Below are positions 11,003 through 21,994 of a stretch of 64,000 nt of DNA, one piece after another. Below the pieces are notes generated by a model. It was given only the letters and a program-made list of their open reading frames with translations. It ran no database searches and was not told the DNA's origin. How positions within the stretch are numbered: position 1 is the stretch's first letter; each line of letters opens with the position of its first letter. Position numbers and translations under genes: made by a program. Source of the DNA: an uncultured delta proteobacterium (GTDB lineage: Bacteria > Myxococcota > Myxococcia > Myxococcales > Myxococcaceae); contig CAVYSY010000047.1 in NCBI GenBank assembly GCA_963771175.1, positions 1-64,000 of the forward strand, written 5' to 3'.

Positions 11003-11607
11003 TCAAGGGGAAAGCTGGCACTCCGACAGGTCGTGTCTCGCCGTGTCGCCATCAAGGCGTCCCCGCGTCAGGCGACGGGCTCCCTGCATCGGTGGAGACG
11101 GGAAGCTGACCAGCACATCCGGCGGGACAGTCACGTCGACTGCCTCGACCCCGCCATCCAGAATGACTGGCTCGGAGCCACCCGCATCGAAGCAGCCATC
11201 CTCCAGTGCGTTCCGGCTCCGGTTCTCCATCGAGCAGTCGGCGGAGGATACGGCCGTCGATGCTAATCGCATATCTCGCTCCGGAATCGAGGGAAGGGTA
11301 CGCGCGACCGCAGAAACTGGGGTCCTGCAGCATCGCCACATAGATGATCTCCCCACGCCGAACAGCGTAGTACTTGTATGCCTCTGGCGTGTCGATGCAT
11401 GCACGCGGGCCACCCCAGGCAGGGAAGAAATCGTCGGCGGCGACCTTGAGCGCTCGAAACGTCGGGCCATCAATGGGACCGCCCAGGCATGATGGACTCA
11501 TGGCTGAGCATCCGAACGCTCGAATCCTGAGGCTCAAGCCGCCCCCGGTGATGGAGACACCCCAGGGAAATGGCCATGAGCAGAAGCGCGCAAATCCTTG
11601 CCTTCAT
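11003..11607 (-). CDS. Hypothetical lipoprotein (frameshifted); paralog of 12899-13340
   Basis: MKARICALLLMAISLGC lipobox; core DGPTFRALKVAADDFFP...VRRGEIIYV...LDSGARYAISIDGRILRR. Confidence 0.7.
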
Positions 11608-11615
11608 GGCTGCTC

Positions 11616-12471
11616 CTATGCCGCCCCTGCCGGGAAGAAGAGGGGCCGCAGCGGGCCCGCCACCAGCGTGCGCAGGGCCTGGGGCGAGGGAGTCACCATG
11701 TGTGCCGCCCGGGCTCTCGCCGCCGCGGCTCCGAGGGCTTTCTGGTGCTCGGCGAAACGCCGGGCATAGGCCACCAGCACGTCCTCGGTGAGAAGCTCCT
11801 CCAGCGCCGCGTCACTCTCCGCGTCCACCAGCCGCGCGCCCTCGCCGCCCGGTGGGCTCGAGGTCCTCCGCGTCCAGCACCTGCACCAGGAAGAGGGCCG
11901 AGGCCCCCTGCGCCAACCGCGACACCAGGGCCGGCAGCGGCGCCTCGAAGAGGAAGTCGCTCACCACCACCCGGAGGCCGCACGGGCGCAGCGGGGGCAG
12001 TCGCCCGAGGGCGGCGTGCAAGTCATCCCTCGCATCGAAGGAGGCGGTGCGCAGGGCGGCGCGACACGCCTGCCCCTGCACCCGCTCCGGGCGCGAGCCG
12101 CCCACCAGCAGCGTGGGGCTGAGTCCCTGCTGCGCGCCCACCTCCGTGGCCAGCAGCGCCACCTCGCGCGCGCACCCGGCCTTGCGCGGCGACAGCGCCA
12201 TGCTGCGCGAGCCGTCCAGCAGCACCTCCACGCGCGGGGACACCTCGTCCTGGCGCACGCGGAGAATCACCTCGCCGGTGCGCGCCACCGCGTTCCAGTC
12301 CACCTGCCGCAGGTCGTCTCCGGGCTGGTAGGCGCGGAAGTCGTGCAGTTCCAGCGAGGCGCCCGCCGAGGCCGCGCGCACCTCGCCCACCCGGCCCCGA
12401 TGGGGCGTGCGCGGCAGCGCCAGGGCGAGCCCCGGGGCCAGCCGGGCCACCTCCGCCTCGTCGAAGTCCAC
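11616..12471 (-). CDS. DUF58 family protein (MoxR partner), one frameshift near 11830
   Basis: GASLELHDFRAYQPGDDLRQVDWNAVART and VLLDGSRSM, the DUF58 signature. Confidence 0.9.
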
Positions 12472-12481
12472 GGGGGCGTCA

Positions 12482-12823
12482 CGCTACCCCGATGAAAGCC
12501 TGGGCTACGTCTTCGTCGTCCACAACCATCCCGTCGGGCTTGAGCTGTCTCGTTACGACATCCAGTTCATCGTGGCGCAGGCGGCGCTTCACGGATTGAC
12601 CACGAAGGTGGGCAATCGCGAGCTACACATCAGCACCGTGGCTTTCTTTTCCAACTCATTTGGCGGCCAGAACGCCCATTGCGATGGATTCTTTCAATAC
12701 ATTCCAGCAACGGGAGAACTCCTGAAGTGGACCATGAACGCTCGCGGGGAATGGGACAAGGAGCAGTTAGGCTGAGTCATCTGGACCGGGCCCGAGAAGT
12801 TCGAGATCCGCCGAAAGAATTGA
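12482..12823 (+). pseudogene. 5'-truncated remnant of a JAB/JAMM-like (HxH..S..D) protein gene, with an in-frame TGA at 12773
   Basis: RYPDESLGYVFVVHNHPVGLELSRYD...VAFFSNS...CDGFFQYIPATGELLKW...LG*VIWTGPEKFEIRRKN*. No start codon, and A/T-richer than the flanks. Confidence 0.55.
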
Positions 12824-12898
12824 TCAACCTCCTGCTCCACCAGGCAGGCGGAGAGCTGGATTTCGCCACTCTTTCCAGTCCGCTCTTGAAATGGAATC

Positions 12899-13340
12899 AT
12901 GAAATCGAGCCTCTTCACTTTATTCTTCTGCATCACCCTGAGCGGGTGCGCGCACCGTCCATGTCAAATGCTCGGCTCCTTGTTTGGCTGCAGTTGCATC
13001 AGGGAAATGGAGCAACCGGAGTACCAGGACATGAGTGTCCAACTCCCGGTCTTCGACAGCGCCCTGCAATCGGACGCGGACCTGGATGGCTACACGCTTC
13101 AGGCCATCCGGATCGCCGCGGATGATTTCCTGGACGCCGATCCACGGGCCTCCCTTGTGCATACAAGCAGGTTTCACACAGATATCAGGCTGTTCGAAGG
13201 GGGGACGTCATCTTCGTCCGGATTAGACTTCAAGCCGGAGAACTGTGGCAGCCCTTGGCCCGCTCGATGCCGGAGTGACGTATGCCATCGGCGTGGACGG
13301 GCGCATCCTCCGCCGGGAGCGCGATGGAGGTGGACCTTGA
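12899..13340 (+). CDS. Hypothetical lipoprotein (about 3 frameshifts, possibly a pseudogene); paralog of 11003-11607
   Basis: MKSSLFTLFFCITLSGC lipobox; DGYTLQAIRIAADDFLD...AVRRGDVIFVR...LDAGVTYAIGVDGRILRRERDGGGP*. Confidence 0.7.
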
Positions 13341-13374
13341 TGAAGCGGAGTTGATGCTCCGGACCGTTCTGAGC

Positions 13375-14889
13375 TCATGAGGCGTGGGCCCGCCGCTCGC
13401 GCTCGACGAGGGCCCGGTCCGCGGCGAAGGCGACGAGCACGGCCACCACCCACACGCAGGCGAGCAGCTCCACCGTTCATCTGTCGGCTCGTCCATCGTG
13501 TAGTCGTAGTCGCCGAAGTTCGCCAGCCCGACGAAGGGGTTGAGCAGGTTGACGAGGGGGTCATCCGCCGTCTGGTCGAAGAGGACGGCCACGAGCGGGA
13601 GCAGCGCGCCGGCCAGGCCCACCAGCGAGAAGAAGAGGACGCGCACCACCGCCGGGGAGGCGAGCCGGTCCGAGCGCGGCAGCCGCCCCACCAGCAGCGG
13701 CAGCGAGAGGAAGAGGAGCGCGTACGCTGGCGCGGCGAGCACCCCGAGGAAGTGGGCCTCGGAGTGATGCCGCGAGGAGCTCGACAGACTGAAGAGCGCG
13801 ACGCACAACCCCGTCCAGAAGAGCAGCAGCAGCATGACGAGCCGGAAGCCCGCGCACGGCCCCCGGGCGCAGGAGCGACCAGGGCCGCGTGCCCGCGCGC
13901 AGGGCCCGCGCCTGGCCGTCCACGTCCGTGGCCACGAAGATGCCGGTGAGGCGCCAGGTGGAGGCAGCCCGAGGATGCTCGCCGCCATGACCGCGTCCGT
14001 GGACGGCTCCTGAATCCATCCACGCGGCCACCAGGATGAGCCCGGAGAGCAGCGTCTGCAGGGTGAGCGCCAGGCGGGGGCCCCGGGAGTAGTTCTCCGT
14101 GACCAGCGACAGGCGCGCGGCGGCCGTCTCGAAGAGCAGCCACCCGTAGGTGAGCATGGCCCACAGGAAGAGGACGGCGAAGGTGAGCAGCTCCTTCTCG
14201 CGCAGGAGGACGCGGTAGCCCTGCTCGCCGAGGATGAAGGCGCGCGGTCAGCCCGTACATCAGCGCCATGCCGAGCAGGCCCAGCAGGAGGAAGTGCACG
14301 AAGGCGCGCCCCATGCGCCCGTCGGCGAGCGTGGCCGCGCACACCGCCACCGAGGTGAGGAAGACGAGCCAGCGAGGCCGCCCAGCCCGAGCATCACCAG
14401 GATGGTCGGCAGGTCGATGCCGTTGAGGTAGTAGCTGAAGAGGAGGAAGGGCCCCGCCGCGGAGGCGTAGAGCGCCGCCTGCACGAGGAAGGAGGCCACC
14501 TTGCCGCGCAGAATCCGCCGGGGCCCCAGGCCGGTGAGGGTGAGCAGCACCCACGTCTCGTCCTCGCGCTCGCGCGCCATCGAGCGGTAGGCGCTGTAGG
14601 GAATGATGAAGAAGTGCACCAGCGCCCAGGCAGACGAAGAAGGCGATGAAGAAGCCCTGGCCCTGGGTGGTGAGGCCACTGTCGTGCGCGTGTGGCGTAG
14701 GCCACGAGCGAGATGACGAGGCAGGCCAGCAGCATCAGCGCGAAGAACACCCAGAAGACGCGCGGTGCGCAGGCCCTGGCGGACCTCCTTCACCACGATG
14801 GGGTTGAGCCTGTCGCCCAGCCGCTCGCAGCCGGGACGGGCCTCCGCGCGCGGGGCGGTGCCCGCGGTGTCCGCGGCCGTCGCGCTCAC
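13375..14889 (-). CDS. ABC transporter permease-like membrane protein (heavily frameshifted)
   Basis: LNPIVVKEVRQGLR, SMAREREDETWVLLTLTGLGPRRILRGK (ABC-2 type permease motif), many TM segments; GTGA overlap with the ATPase gene. Confidence 0.8.
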
Positions 14890-15883
14890 GCCACCCTCCC
14901 CTTCGTCACGTGTCATGAAGGCGTCCTCGAGGTCGAGCTCGCGGTGGCTGAAGGCGCACACGGGCACGCCCGCCCCCACCAGCACCTCCAGCAGCCGCGC
15001 CGCCGACCTCGTCCACCCAGCTCGCCGGCGGACGCGCCGCCCTGCGCAGCTCGAGGCGCACGCGCAGCGCGTCGCCCTCGCGCGCCACCTGCGTCACCCG
15101 CGGCTGCTCCAGCAGCAGCCGCTCGGCGCGCGCCCAGCGCCGCCTCGCGCCTCCTCGCCCGGCGAAGAGCCGCAGCCACCAGCTCCGCCGGCCGCCGTCC
15201 CGGTGGCCTGCGCGAGGATGCTCCGCCACCTTGCCCGTGGCGAGCAGCCGGCCCTGCTCGATGATGGCGCAGGTGTCGCAGATCTCGGACAGCTCGGTGA
15301 GGATGTGGCTGGAGATGAGCACCGCCTTGCCCTGGTCGGCGAGCGCGCGCAGCAGCTCGCGCAGCTCGATGCGGGCGCGCGGGTCGAGGCCGTCGGCCGG
15401 CTCGTCGAGGATCAGCAGCTTCGGGTCGTGCAGCAGCGTGCGGCCCAGCGCCACGCGCTGCTTCATGCCCTTGGAGAGCGCGCTGGTGAGCTTGTCCTTC
15501 AGCGGGCGCAGCCCGGTGAAGTCCATCACCGAGTCGACGCGCTTCGTCCGCGCCCGTGCCCTGGAGGCCGTAGGCGCGCGCGAAGAAGTCGAGGAACTCG
15601 AGGACCGTCATGTCGTCGTAGGTGCCGTAGCGGTCGGGCATGTAGCCGAGGAGCGGCCGCACCTTGTCCGGGCGCGTCCACCAGCGAGTGCCCGTCGAGC
15701 AGCACCTCGCCCGCGGTGGGCATGTCGAGGGTGGCGAGGATGCGCATGGTGGTGCTCTTGCCCGCGCCGTTGGGCCCGATGAAGCCCGAGGATGGTGCCC
15801 GCCTCCAGCGAGAAGGACACGTCGTCCACCGCGCGCAGGGCGCCGTAGTCGCGCCGCAGCCCCTTCACCTCCAGCAGGCTCAT
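14886..15883 (-). CDS. ABC transporter ATP-binding protein (frameshifted)
   Basis: GPNGAGKST Walker A, LSKGMKQR signature, LILDEP Walker B, ISSHIL. Confidence 0.92.
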
Positions 15884-15908
15884 CCCCGCACCTCGCCTCG
15901 TGTCCGCG

Positions 15909-17742
15909 TCATGGTCCGTCCACCCGTCCGCGCACGAAGTGCAGGCCCTCGTGCAGCTCCACCGGGAGCGCCGCCGTGGGCAGCAGGCCCGGGCCCTCCA
16001 GCTTCGCGACGAAGTCGCCCTCCGCCAGCGACCTGCCAGCAGCGTTCCAGGGCACGATGCTGAAGCGGCGCTCGCACGGGCTCGGGGAAGCTCACGAGCT
16101 CCGGCCAGACGGACTCGGCGTCGGAGCCCAGCGCCGCGGTGGCCACGCCCTCCGCGCCCATCGGCGAGCGCGGGCAGGGCCCACACCTTGCCGCCGAGCC
16201 GCACGTAGCCCTGCGCGAGCGGCGCGCCGAGCGCGTTCTGCACCCGCAGCCCCGTCGCCCTCGCGCTGCACGGTGAGCCGGGCCCGCGTGGGCACCACCG
16301 CCACCTCGCCCCACTCGCGGTAGGTGCGCGAGGGGAGGAAGCCTGCCCGTCACCGCCATGCCATTCGTCCAGTCCGCCTCCACGGCGTGGCGCCTCCCAG
16401 TCCATCGTCCGGCCCGAGGAGCGCGGCCAGCGCCGGCACGCCGGAGGCCCTCGGGCTCCAGGTTGGCGTAGTAGCCGCCGAGGCCCACCGTCACCGCCCG
16501 GTCCCGCTCCCTGTCCAGCCAGGTGAGGCTGTAGCGGGAGGCATGGACGGAGAAGCCCTCCACCAGCACCGACCAGCCGACGATGGCCAGGCACGTGACG
16601 AGCGCCACCGAGGGCACCGCGATGAGCAGCGCCACCGGCCCCTTGCGCCGGGCCAGGACGAGGCCGCCCGGGCCCCACCGCCAGCACGAAGAGGGTGATG
16701 AGGAGCAGGAAGCGGCCCACCGGCGCCTGGACTCCGGGCAGCAGCGGCTGCTCGCCGTTGTTCAGCACCTGGCGCGCCGCCCCGCTGCCAGCTCGGCGGC
16801 CGGCCCGGCGGGCGCGACGAGTCCCACGTGGCCCCGTGGCGGGCTCCAGCGTGCTCACGTCGGCGAGCAGCCCCTCGCCGCACTCCTCCGCCTTCGCGCA
16901 CAGCCGCACCTGGCCGAAGCCGTAGGGGAGCTGCCCCGGGGCGGTAGCTGGTGAGCAGCGGCAGGCGCGTGGCCACGTCGCGCGGCGGGCGGAGGAGGAC
17001 CAGGTGGCCTCCGGTGGCGGCGTAGGACTCGAGCGCGCTCCAGGCATCCGCCGGGAGCGGCGGTGACGTCGCCAGCCACCACCACCATGGCGTGGCCCAC
17101 GTAGGCGGCGAGCTCGCGCGGTGCGTCCTCCGGGGCGACGAAGCGGACCGACAGCTTCGGCTCCTTCTCCACGCGGGGCAGGCCGGTGCCCGACTGGAAG
17201 GCCCGCTCCGAGCCCAGCACCAGCACCGCCGCGCCCGTGTTGTCCACCGAGTAGAAGTTGAAGGCCCGGAAGTCGGCCCCGGGGCTCTGCAGGCGCACCC
17301 TGCCGCCGCGCGCGGAGATGGGGACGGGCAGCCACGCGACGAGCCGCTGGCGCGGGCCCACCTCCACGTCACGCGAGGTGGCCGCGGAGCGCCCCATCCC
17401 ACTGGACTCGAAGCCGATGCGCACGAGGCGCGGGGTGGGGCCCGGGTTGTGGAGCATCACCTCCAGCGGGATGTAGCCGCGCGAGGGGCGCAGCACGCCG
17501 TTGGTCAGCGTGGCCTTCAGGTCCCCCTCGGAGAGGCTCACGGGCTGGCCCCGCACCTCCTGGTAGCCCGGCACCCACGGCTCCTCCTTCTCGGCGCCCT
17601 CCTCGTCCTCCACGGCCGTCTCGTCCACGGCCTCGGCCTGGGCGGGCACGGCGGGAGGCGGAGCGGGCACGGGGGGCTCCGCCCACGCGGGGCTCGCGCA
17701 CAGCAGGAGCGCGAGGAGCGCGGCGGCGAGGCGCTCACGCAC
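15909..17742 (-). CDS. Conserved hypothetical exported/membrane protein of the MoxR operon (frameshifted)
   Basis: Signal peptide [21 protein letters not shown]; central TM pair FLLLITLFVLAVGP / LLIAVPSVALVTCLAIVGW; probable end HFVRGRVDGP*. Confidence 0.7.
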
Positions 17743-18732
17743 GGGGCACCTCGGGGACGGCCTGGAGCAGGGTGCGCACCACGTCCCCCGAGCCCACCTT
17801 CTCCAGCGAGGCCTCGTAGGCGAGCACCAGCCGGTGGTTGAGGACGGCGGGCGCGGCGGCCACCACCTCGTCGAAGCCGACGTTGGGCTTGCCCCGCATC
17901 AGCGCGAGCGCCCGTCCGGCCGACGGCCAGCGCCAGCGCCGCGCGGGGGCTGGCCCCGTAGCGCACGAAGCGGCGCACCGGCTCCGGCGCGCCCGGGCCG
18001 CGCGGGTCGCTCGCCTCCACCAGCCGGCCGATGAAGTCCGCCACCGGCACGGGCAGGTGCACGCGGTCCACCGCGGCGAAGAGGGAGGCGAGGCCCTCGG
18101 CGTCCGTCACCGGCGGCAGCACCGGCGGCGTCGCCGCGCACGCGCGTGGTGAGGAGCGTGGTGAGCGTCTTCGCGCCCACGGGCGGCACCTGGACGCGGA
18201 AGAGGAAGCGGTCGAGCTGCGCCTCGGGCAGCGGGTAGGTGCCCTCCAGCTCGATGGGGTTCTGGGTGGCGAGCACGAAGAAGGGCTCGGGCAGCGGGCG
18301 CGTCTGGCCGAGCACGGTGACGCTGCGCTCCTGCATGGCCTCCAGCAGCGCGGACTGCGTCTTGGGGCTGGCGCGGTTGATTTCGTCCGCGAGCACCACG
18401 TTGGCGAAGAGGGGGCCCTCGCGGAAGACGAAGTCGCGGCGGCCCTCGCCCTCGAGCACGTAGGTGCCGGTGATGTCGCCGGGCAGCAGGTCCGGGGTGA
18501 ACTGGATGCGGCGGAAGGGCAGCCCGAGCAGCCGCGCGAGCGCCTTGCACAGCTCCGTCTTGCCGAGGCCCGGCAGGCCCTCGAGCAGGAGGTGGCCGCG
18601 CGCGAGCACCGCCGCCACCACCTGCTCCACCACCTGCGTCTGGTCGAGCAGCACCTGGTTCAGCCCCTTCTGGAGCTGCGCCACCCTCTCCGCCGCGCCC
18701 TGCACCTCGGCGGGGCTCAACAGTTCCGACAC
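17735..18732 (-). CDS. moxR: MoxR family AAA+ ATPase (frameshifted)
   Basis: [75 protein letters not shown]. Confidence 0.95.
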
Positions 18733-18746
18733 GGCCGACTCCTCTC

Positions 18747-20139
18747 CTAGGGTTCCCCCCCGAAATACCGCTTCACCAAATCCCGGTTGCGGGGCAGCAG
18801 CGGCGCCGGACACGTGTCCCGCCTCCGCGCCGCCCTGGGCGCTCGTCCCCTTGCCCCCCCCGCCGCCTCCCGCCCTCGCGCTGCTCCGGGTCCGCGGAGC
18901 GCAGGCCCCACAGCCCCTGCGCCTCACCGCCCTGTCCCTGGGGCAGCGGCTTGAAGGCGAGCCGCTCCGGGTCCATCTCCGCCTCCTCGCCGAAGACGAG
19001 CGGCTGGCTCTCCCCGCCCCGCCCCGCTCCGGCGCCCTTGCCCACCCCGTCGGCTCGCGTGGCCGCCCCGCTGGCCCTGTCCCTCCCCCTCGCCCTGCCC
19101 CGTTCCAGGCCGCGTGCCGTTGCGCCCGGCGCCCTGCCCGAAGCGCCGCTCCAGCTCCCGCTGGCGCCGCTCGAGCGTCTCCCGCAGGTTGGCCACCTCG
19201 TCGCGCGAGCCCGGCGTGCCCCCCGAGCCCCGCTTCGCCTGCGCCAGGCCGGTGCCCCCATCCCCCGCGCCAGCGCCCCCGCTCCCGTTGCCGGAGGGGG
19301 AGGAGCCCTCGTTGCCCTCCTGGGAGCGAGTCGCCTCGTCGTGCCCGAGCGCCATCAGCGCGCGCTCGAGGGCCTCGCGCTCCCGGGCGGCGGCCTCGGC
19401 ACCGGAGGCGGCGTCCAGCGACTCCTCCAGCTCGCGCGCGGCCTCGGACGCGGTGGCCAGCTCGGCGGCGGCCCGGGCGGCGCGGGCCTCGAGCGACTTC
19501 TCCAGGCCGTCGGCGGCCTCCCAGTCGGCGGCGTCGAAGCGTCCCTCGGCGACCTCCTCGGCGAGCCGGCGCAATTCCTCCTCGACGGGAGAGCCCAGCG
19601 GCTCCTCGCGGGCGAGCGCCTCGGCCATGGCCTGCACGGCGGCCACCTTCGCCGCGGCGGCCGCGGTGGCCGGGCGCGACTTCCGGGCGGGCAGCGGCAG
19701 GAGGAAGCCCACCACGAGGAAGGCGAGCGCGGCGAGCAAGGCCCCGGCCGGGCGTCGCCACGGCACCGGGGGCGGCGTCACCGCGCGGGCGTACTGGTTG
19801 GCGGAGCAGCTCCCACTCGCCCACGGGCCGCTCCAGGCGGGTGAGCAGCAGCCCGCCGGCGCCGGCCGAGCGGTCCGCCAGCACCGCCGCCTGCGTCAGG
19901 GAGACGTGACGGGCGCGGGCCCGGAGGAGCCACCAGGCGCCCGCGGCGAGCAGCGGCACCGGCAGCAGCCAGGGGGCGAGCTCCCTCGACAACAGCCGGG
20001 CCAGCACGCAGCCGGTGGCGGCGGCCCACACGGGGGCCACACCGGCCTCGGCCCAGACGACGGCATTGAGGCGCCGCTGCACGCGCCGGACGGGCGCGAG
20101 GATGAGGGCCTGCAGACGGCGTTCGTCGCTGGCGGGCAT
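18747..20139 (-). CDS. Hypothetical membrane-anchored coiled-coil protein, first gene of the MoxR operon (frameshifted)
   Basis: N-terminal TM segments, E/A/R-rich helical core, G-rich linker and C-terminal VKRYF-like end; rebuilt from ORFs 17899..20220, 18924..19781 and 18773..19261. Confidence 0.65.
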
Positions 20140-20220
20140 GGGTGTCCCCGAGTCTCGGCCAGTCTGCCGGCTCTCCACAAGCAGGCAGACCCGCCTGGGA
20201 CGCGGCGGCCCCGGCGGCAC

Positions 20221-21750
20221 CTACTCCAGGGAGAAGGCGAAGAGCTTGCGGCCCGGCGTCACGCCGCCGCGCTCGTAGCCGTTGCCCCAGTACACGGTGC
20301 CGTTCACCACGGCGGCCCCGGAGTTGACCGCCCCCCCGGACGTGAAGTCCCAGAGGATCTCCCCCGTCCGCGCGTCCATGGCGTACATGCGGCCCTGCGC
20401 ACCCATCGAGCCGGCGTAGACGACGCCGTTGGCCACCGTCACCGCCCCCGACCCCCTGGAGTGCGCCGGGTCGCCCGTCTGCCAGAGGATCTCCCCCGTC
20501 TCCGCATCCAGCGCGCTCCAGGAGCCCCAGGCAATCTCCTCACCCGACACGAGGGTGTGGGCCTGGAAGGCGCCGTTGGTGTTGGCCACGTAGATGCGCT
20601 TGCCGTCGGTGGCCGAGCCCCACATCATCCCGCCCAGCGCCCCACCCGGGCCCACCTGCCGGCTCCAGACGATGGCGCCGGTGTCCGGGTCCAGCGCCCA
20701 GAAGATGCCGCTCTTCTGCCCGGCCCCGAGCAGCTCGCGCCGCCCGCCCTTGCCCTCGACGGTGAAGAGCATGGCGCCCTGGCCGAAGTCGAAGTCCTCG
20801 CCCTGGGGCTCCGGGCACCAGCCCACGTGAATCATGCAGGCATACGTCCAGGCGTCGAAGCCCGCCAGGCGCCGCCCCCACTTGATGGCGCCCGTGCTCA
20901 GGTCCAGCGCCACGAACGCATCGATGTAGTTGTCGGGGGCCATGCAGCCGTCGGCCTCCTCGAGGGGCACGGAGGCCGCGCACTCGGACACCTCCTCGGG
21001 GACCTCGTAGTTGTTGCCGGTGGTGACGTAGAGGCTGTTGCGCCTGGCATCCACCACCAGGGTGTTGCTCCACACGGCGCCCCCGCTGTAGCCCTCGGGC
21101 ACCATGTACGCCTGCCACAGCAGCGCGCCGGTCTCGAGGTCCAGGGACACCACGCTGCCGCGGAAGGTGCAGCAGACATAGCCGGGGATGGTGGCAAAGC
21201 CCTCCTCCGCGGAGGAGACGCCCACGTAGACGCGGTCGCCGTGGACGATGGGCGACTGGGTGATGATGGCCGCCGGGTGCGGGTCCACCTGGGTCTTCCA
21301 GAGCAGGTCACCGGTGTTCTTGTCCACCGCCACCATCAGGCCGTCGTTCTGCAGGCCGATGATGAGCCGCTCCCCCACCACCGCCGGAGTCGTACGCGAG
21401 AGGGAACCGGGCACGCCCGTGTACTCGGAGATGTCGCGGGACCACACCACCTGCCCCGTCTGCTCATCCAGCTTCCACAGGCGGCCGCCCCAGTCGGGCA
21501 CGTAGACGGCGCCGGAGGCCACCGCCGGAGTGGCCGAGATGTCGCCCGCCGCCGAGAAGACCCACTTCGTCGTCAGGCCCGCCACGTTCTGCGGGCGCAG
21601 CGTGTGCTCCGCGTCCTGGGAGCGCGTGTTGTGCAGGTTCTGCCCCGCCACCGTCCACTCCGCCTTCTTCGGACTGTCCGCGAGAGCCGGCGTCAGCGAG
21701 ACCAGGCCCAGTACCAGCGACATCCCAATCCGAAAATGGCTCAGCGGCAT
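20221..21750 (-). CDS. Secreted PQQ-binding beta-propeller protein (polyvinyl-alcohol-dehydrogenase-like)
   Basis: Signal peptide; repeated A(L/V)DxxTGxxxW blades; YVCCTFRGS, GGAVWS, DFDFGQG, GQKSG; intact ORF. Confidence 0.88.
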   Translation of the reverse strand: MPLSHFRIGMSLVLGLVSLTPALADSPKKAEWTVAGQNLHNTRSQDAEHTLRPQNVAGLTTKWVFSAAGDISATPAVASGAVYVPDWGGRLWKLDEQTGQVVWSRDISEYTGVPGSLSRTTPAVVGERLIIGLQNDGLMVAVDKNTGDLLWKTQVDPHPAAIITQSPIVHGDRVYVGVSSAEEGFATIPGYVCCTFRGSVVSLDLETGALLWQAYMVPEGYSGGAVWSNTLVVDARRNSLYVTTGNNYEVPEEVSECAASVPLEEADGCMAPDNYIDAFVALDLSTGAIKWGRRLAGFDAWTYACMIHVGWCPEPQGEDFDFGQGAMLFTVEGKGGRRELLGAGQKSGIFWALDPDTGAIVWSRQVGPGGALGGMMWGSATDGKRIYVANTNGAFQAHTLVSGEEIAWGSWSALDAETGEILWQTGDPAHSRGSGAVTVANGVVYAGSMGAQGRMYAMDARTGEILWDFTSGGAVNSGAAVVNGTVYWGNGYERGGVTPGRKLFAFSLE

Positions 21751-21994
21751 GATTCCCCTCCCAATCGGCATATTCCGCCGGTGCTGGAAATCAAGTTTCT
21801 AAGAATCCCACTTGAATTGCAACCTTTCACTCGGGCAACAATGCCAGTTTTGTCTTTTGCACTGCCGGTAAAACCTTCCATCTGACATGGCCAGACACGG
21901 GCGCGTGTGCGAGCGGAGCGGGCGCGTCAGGTCTTCCCTCTGGCGGCGTCTCTTCTTCCCGAGCGGTTCGAGGGACATCTCGGGCGCTCCTCGA

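Noticed and set aside
12773..12775. In-frame TGA as possible selenocysteine or readthrough
   Set aside because: The position is not Cys-like, the fragment lacks a 5' end, and no convincing SECIS hairpin was seen; a nonsense mutation or read error is simpler.
17899..20220. Apparent 773-aa fusion of the coiled-coil protein and MoxR
   Set aside because: Produced by frameshifts. MoxR has its own RBS (GAGGAG) and GTG at 18732, and the upstream gene stops at 18747.
21825..21850. Sigma-54-like CTGGCATTGTTGC on the minus strand upstream of the PQQ gene
   Set aside because: The GG-to-GC spacing is 7 nt, not the required 10.
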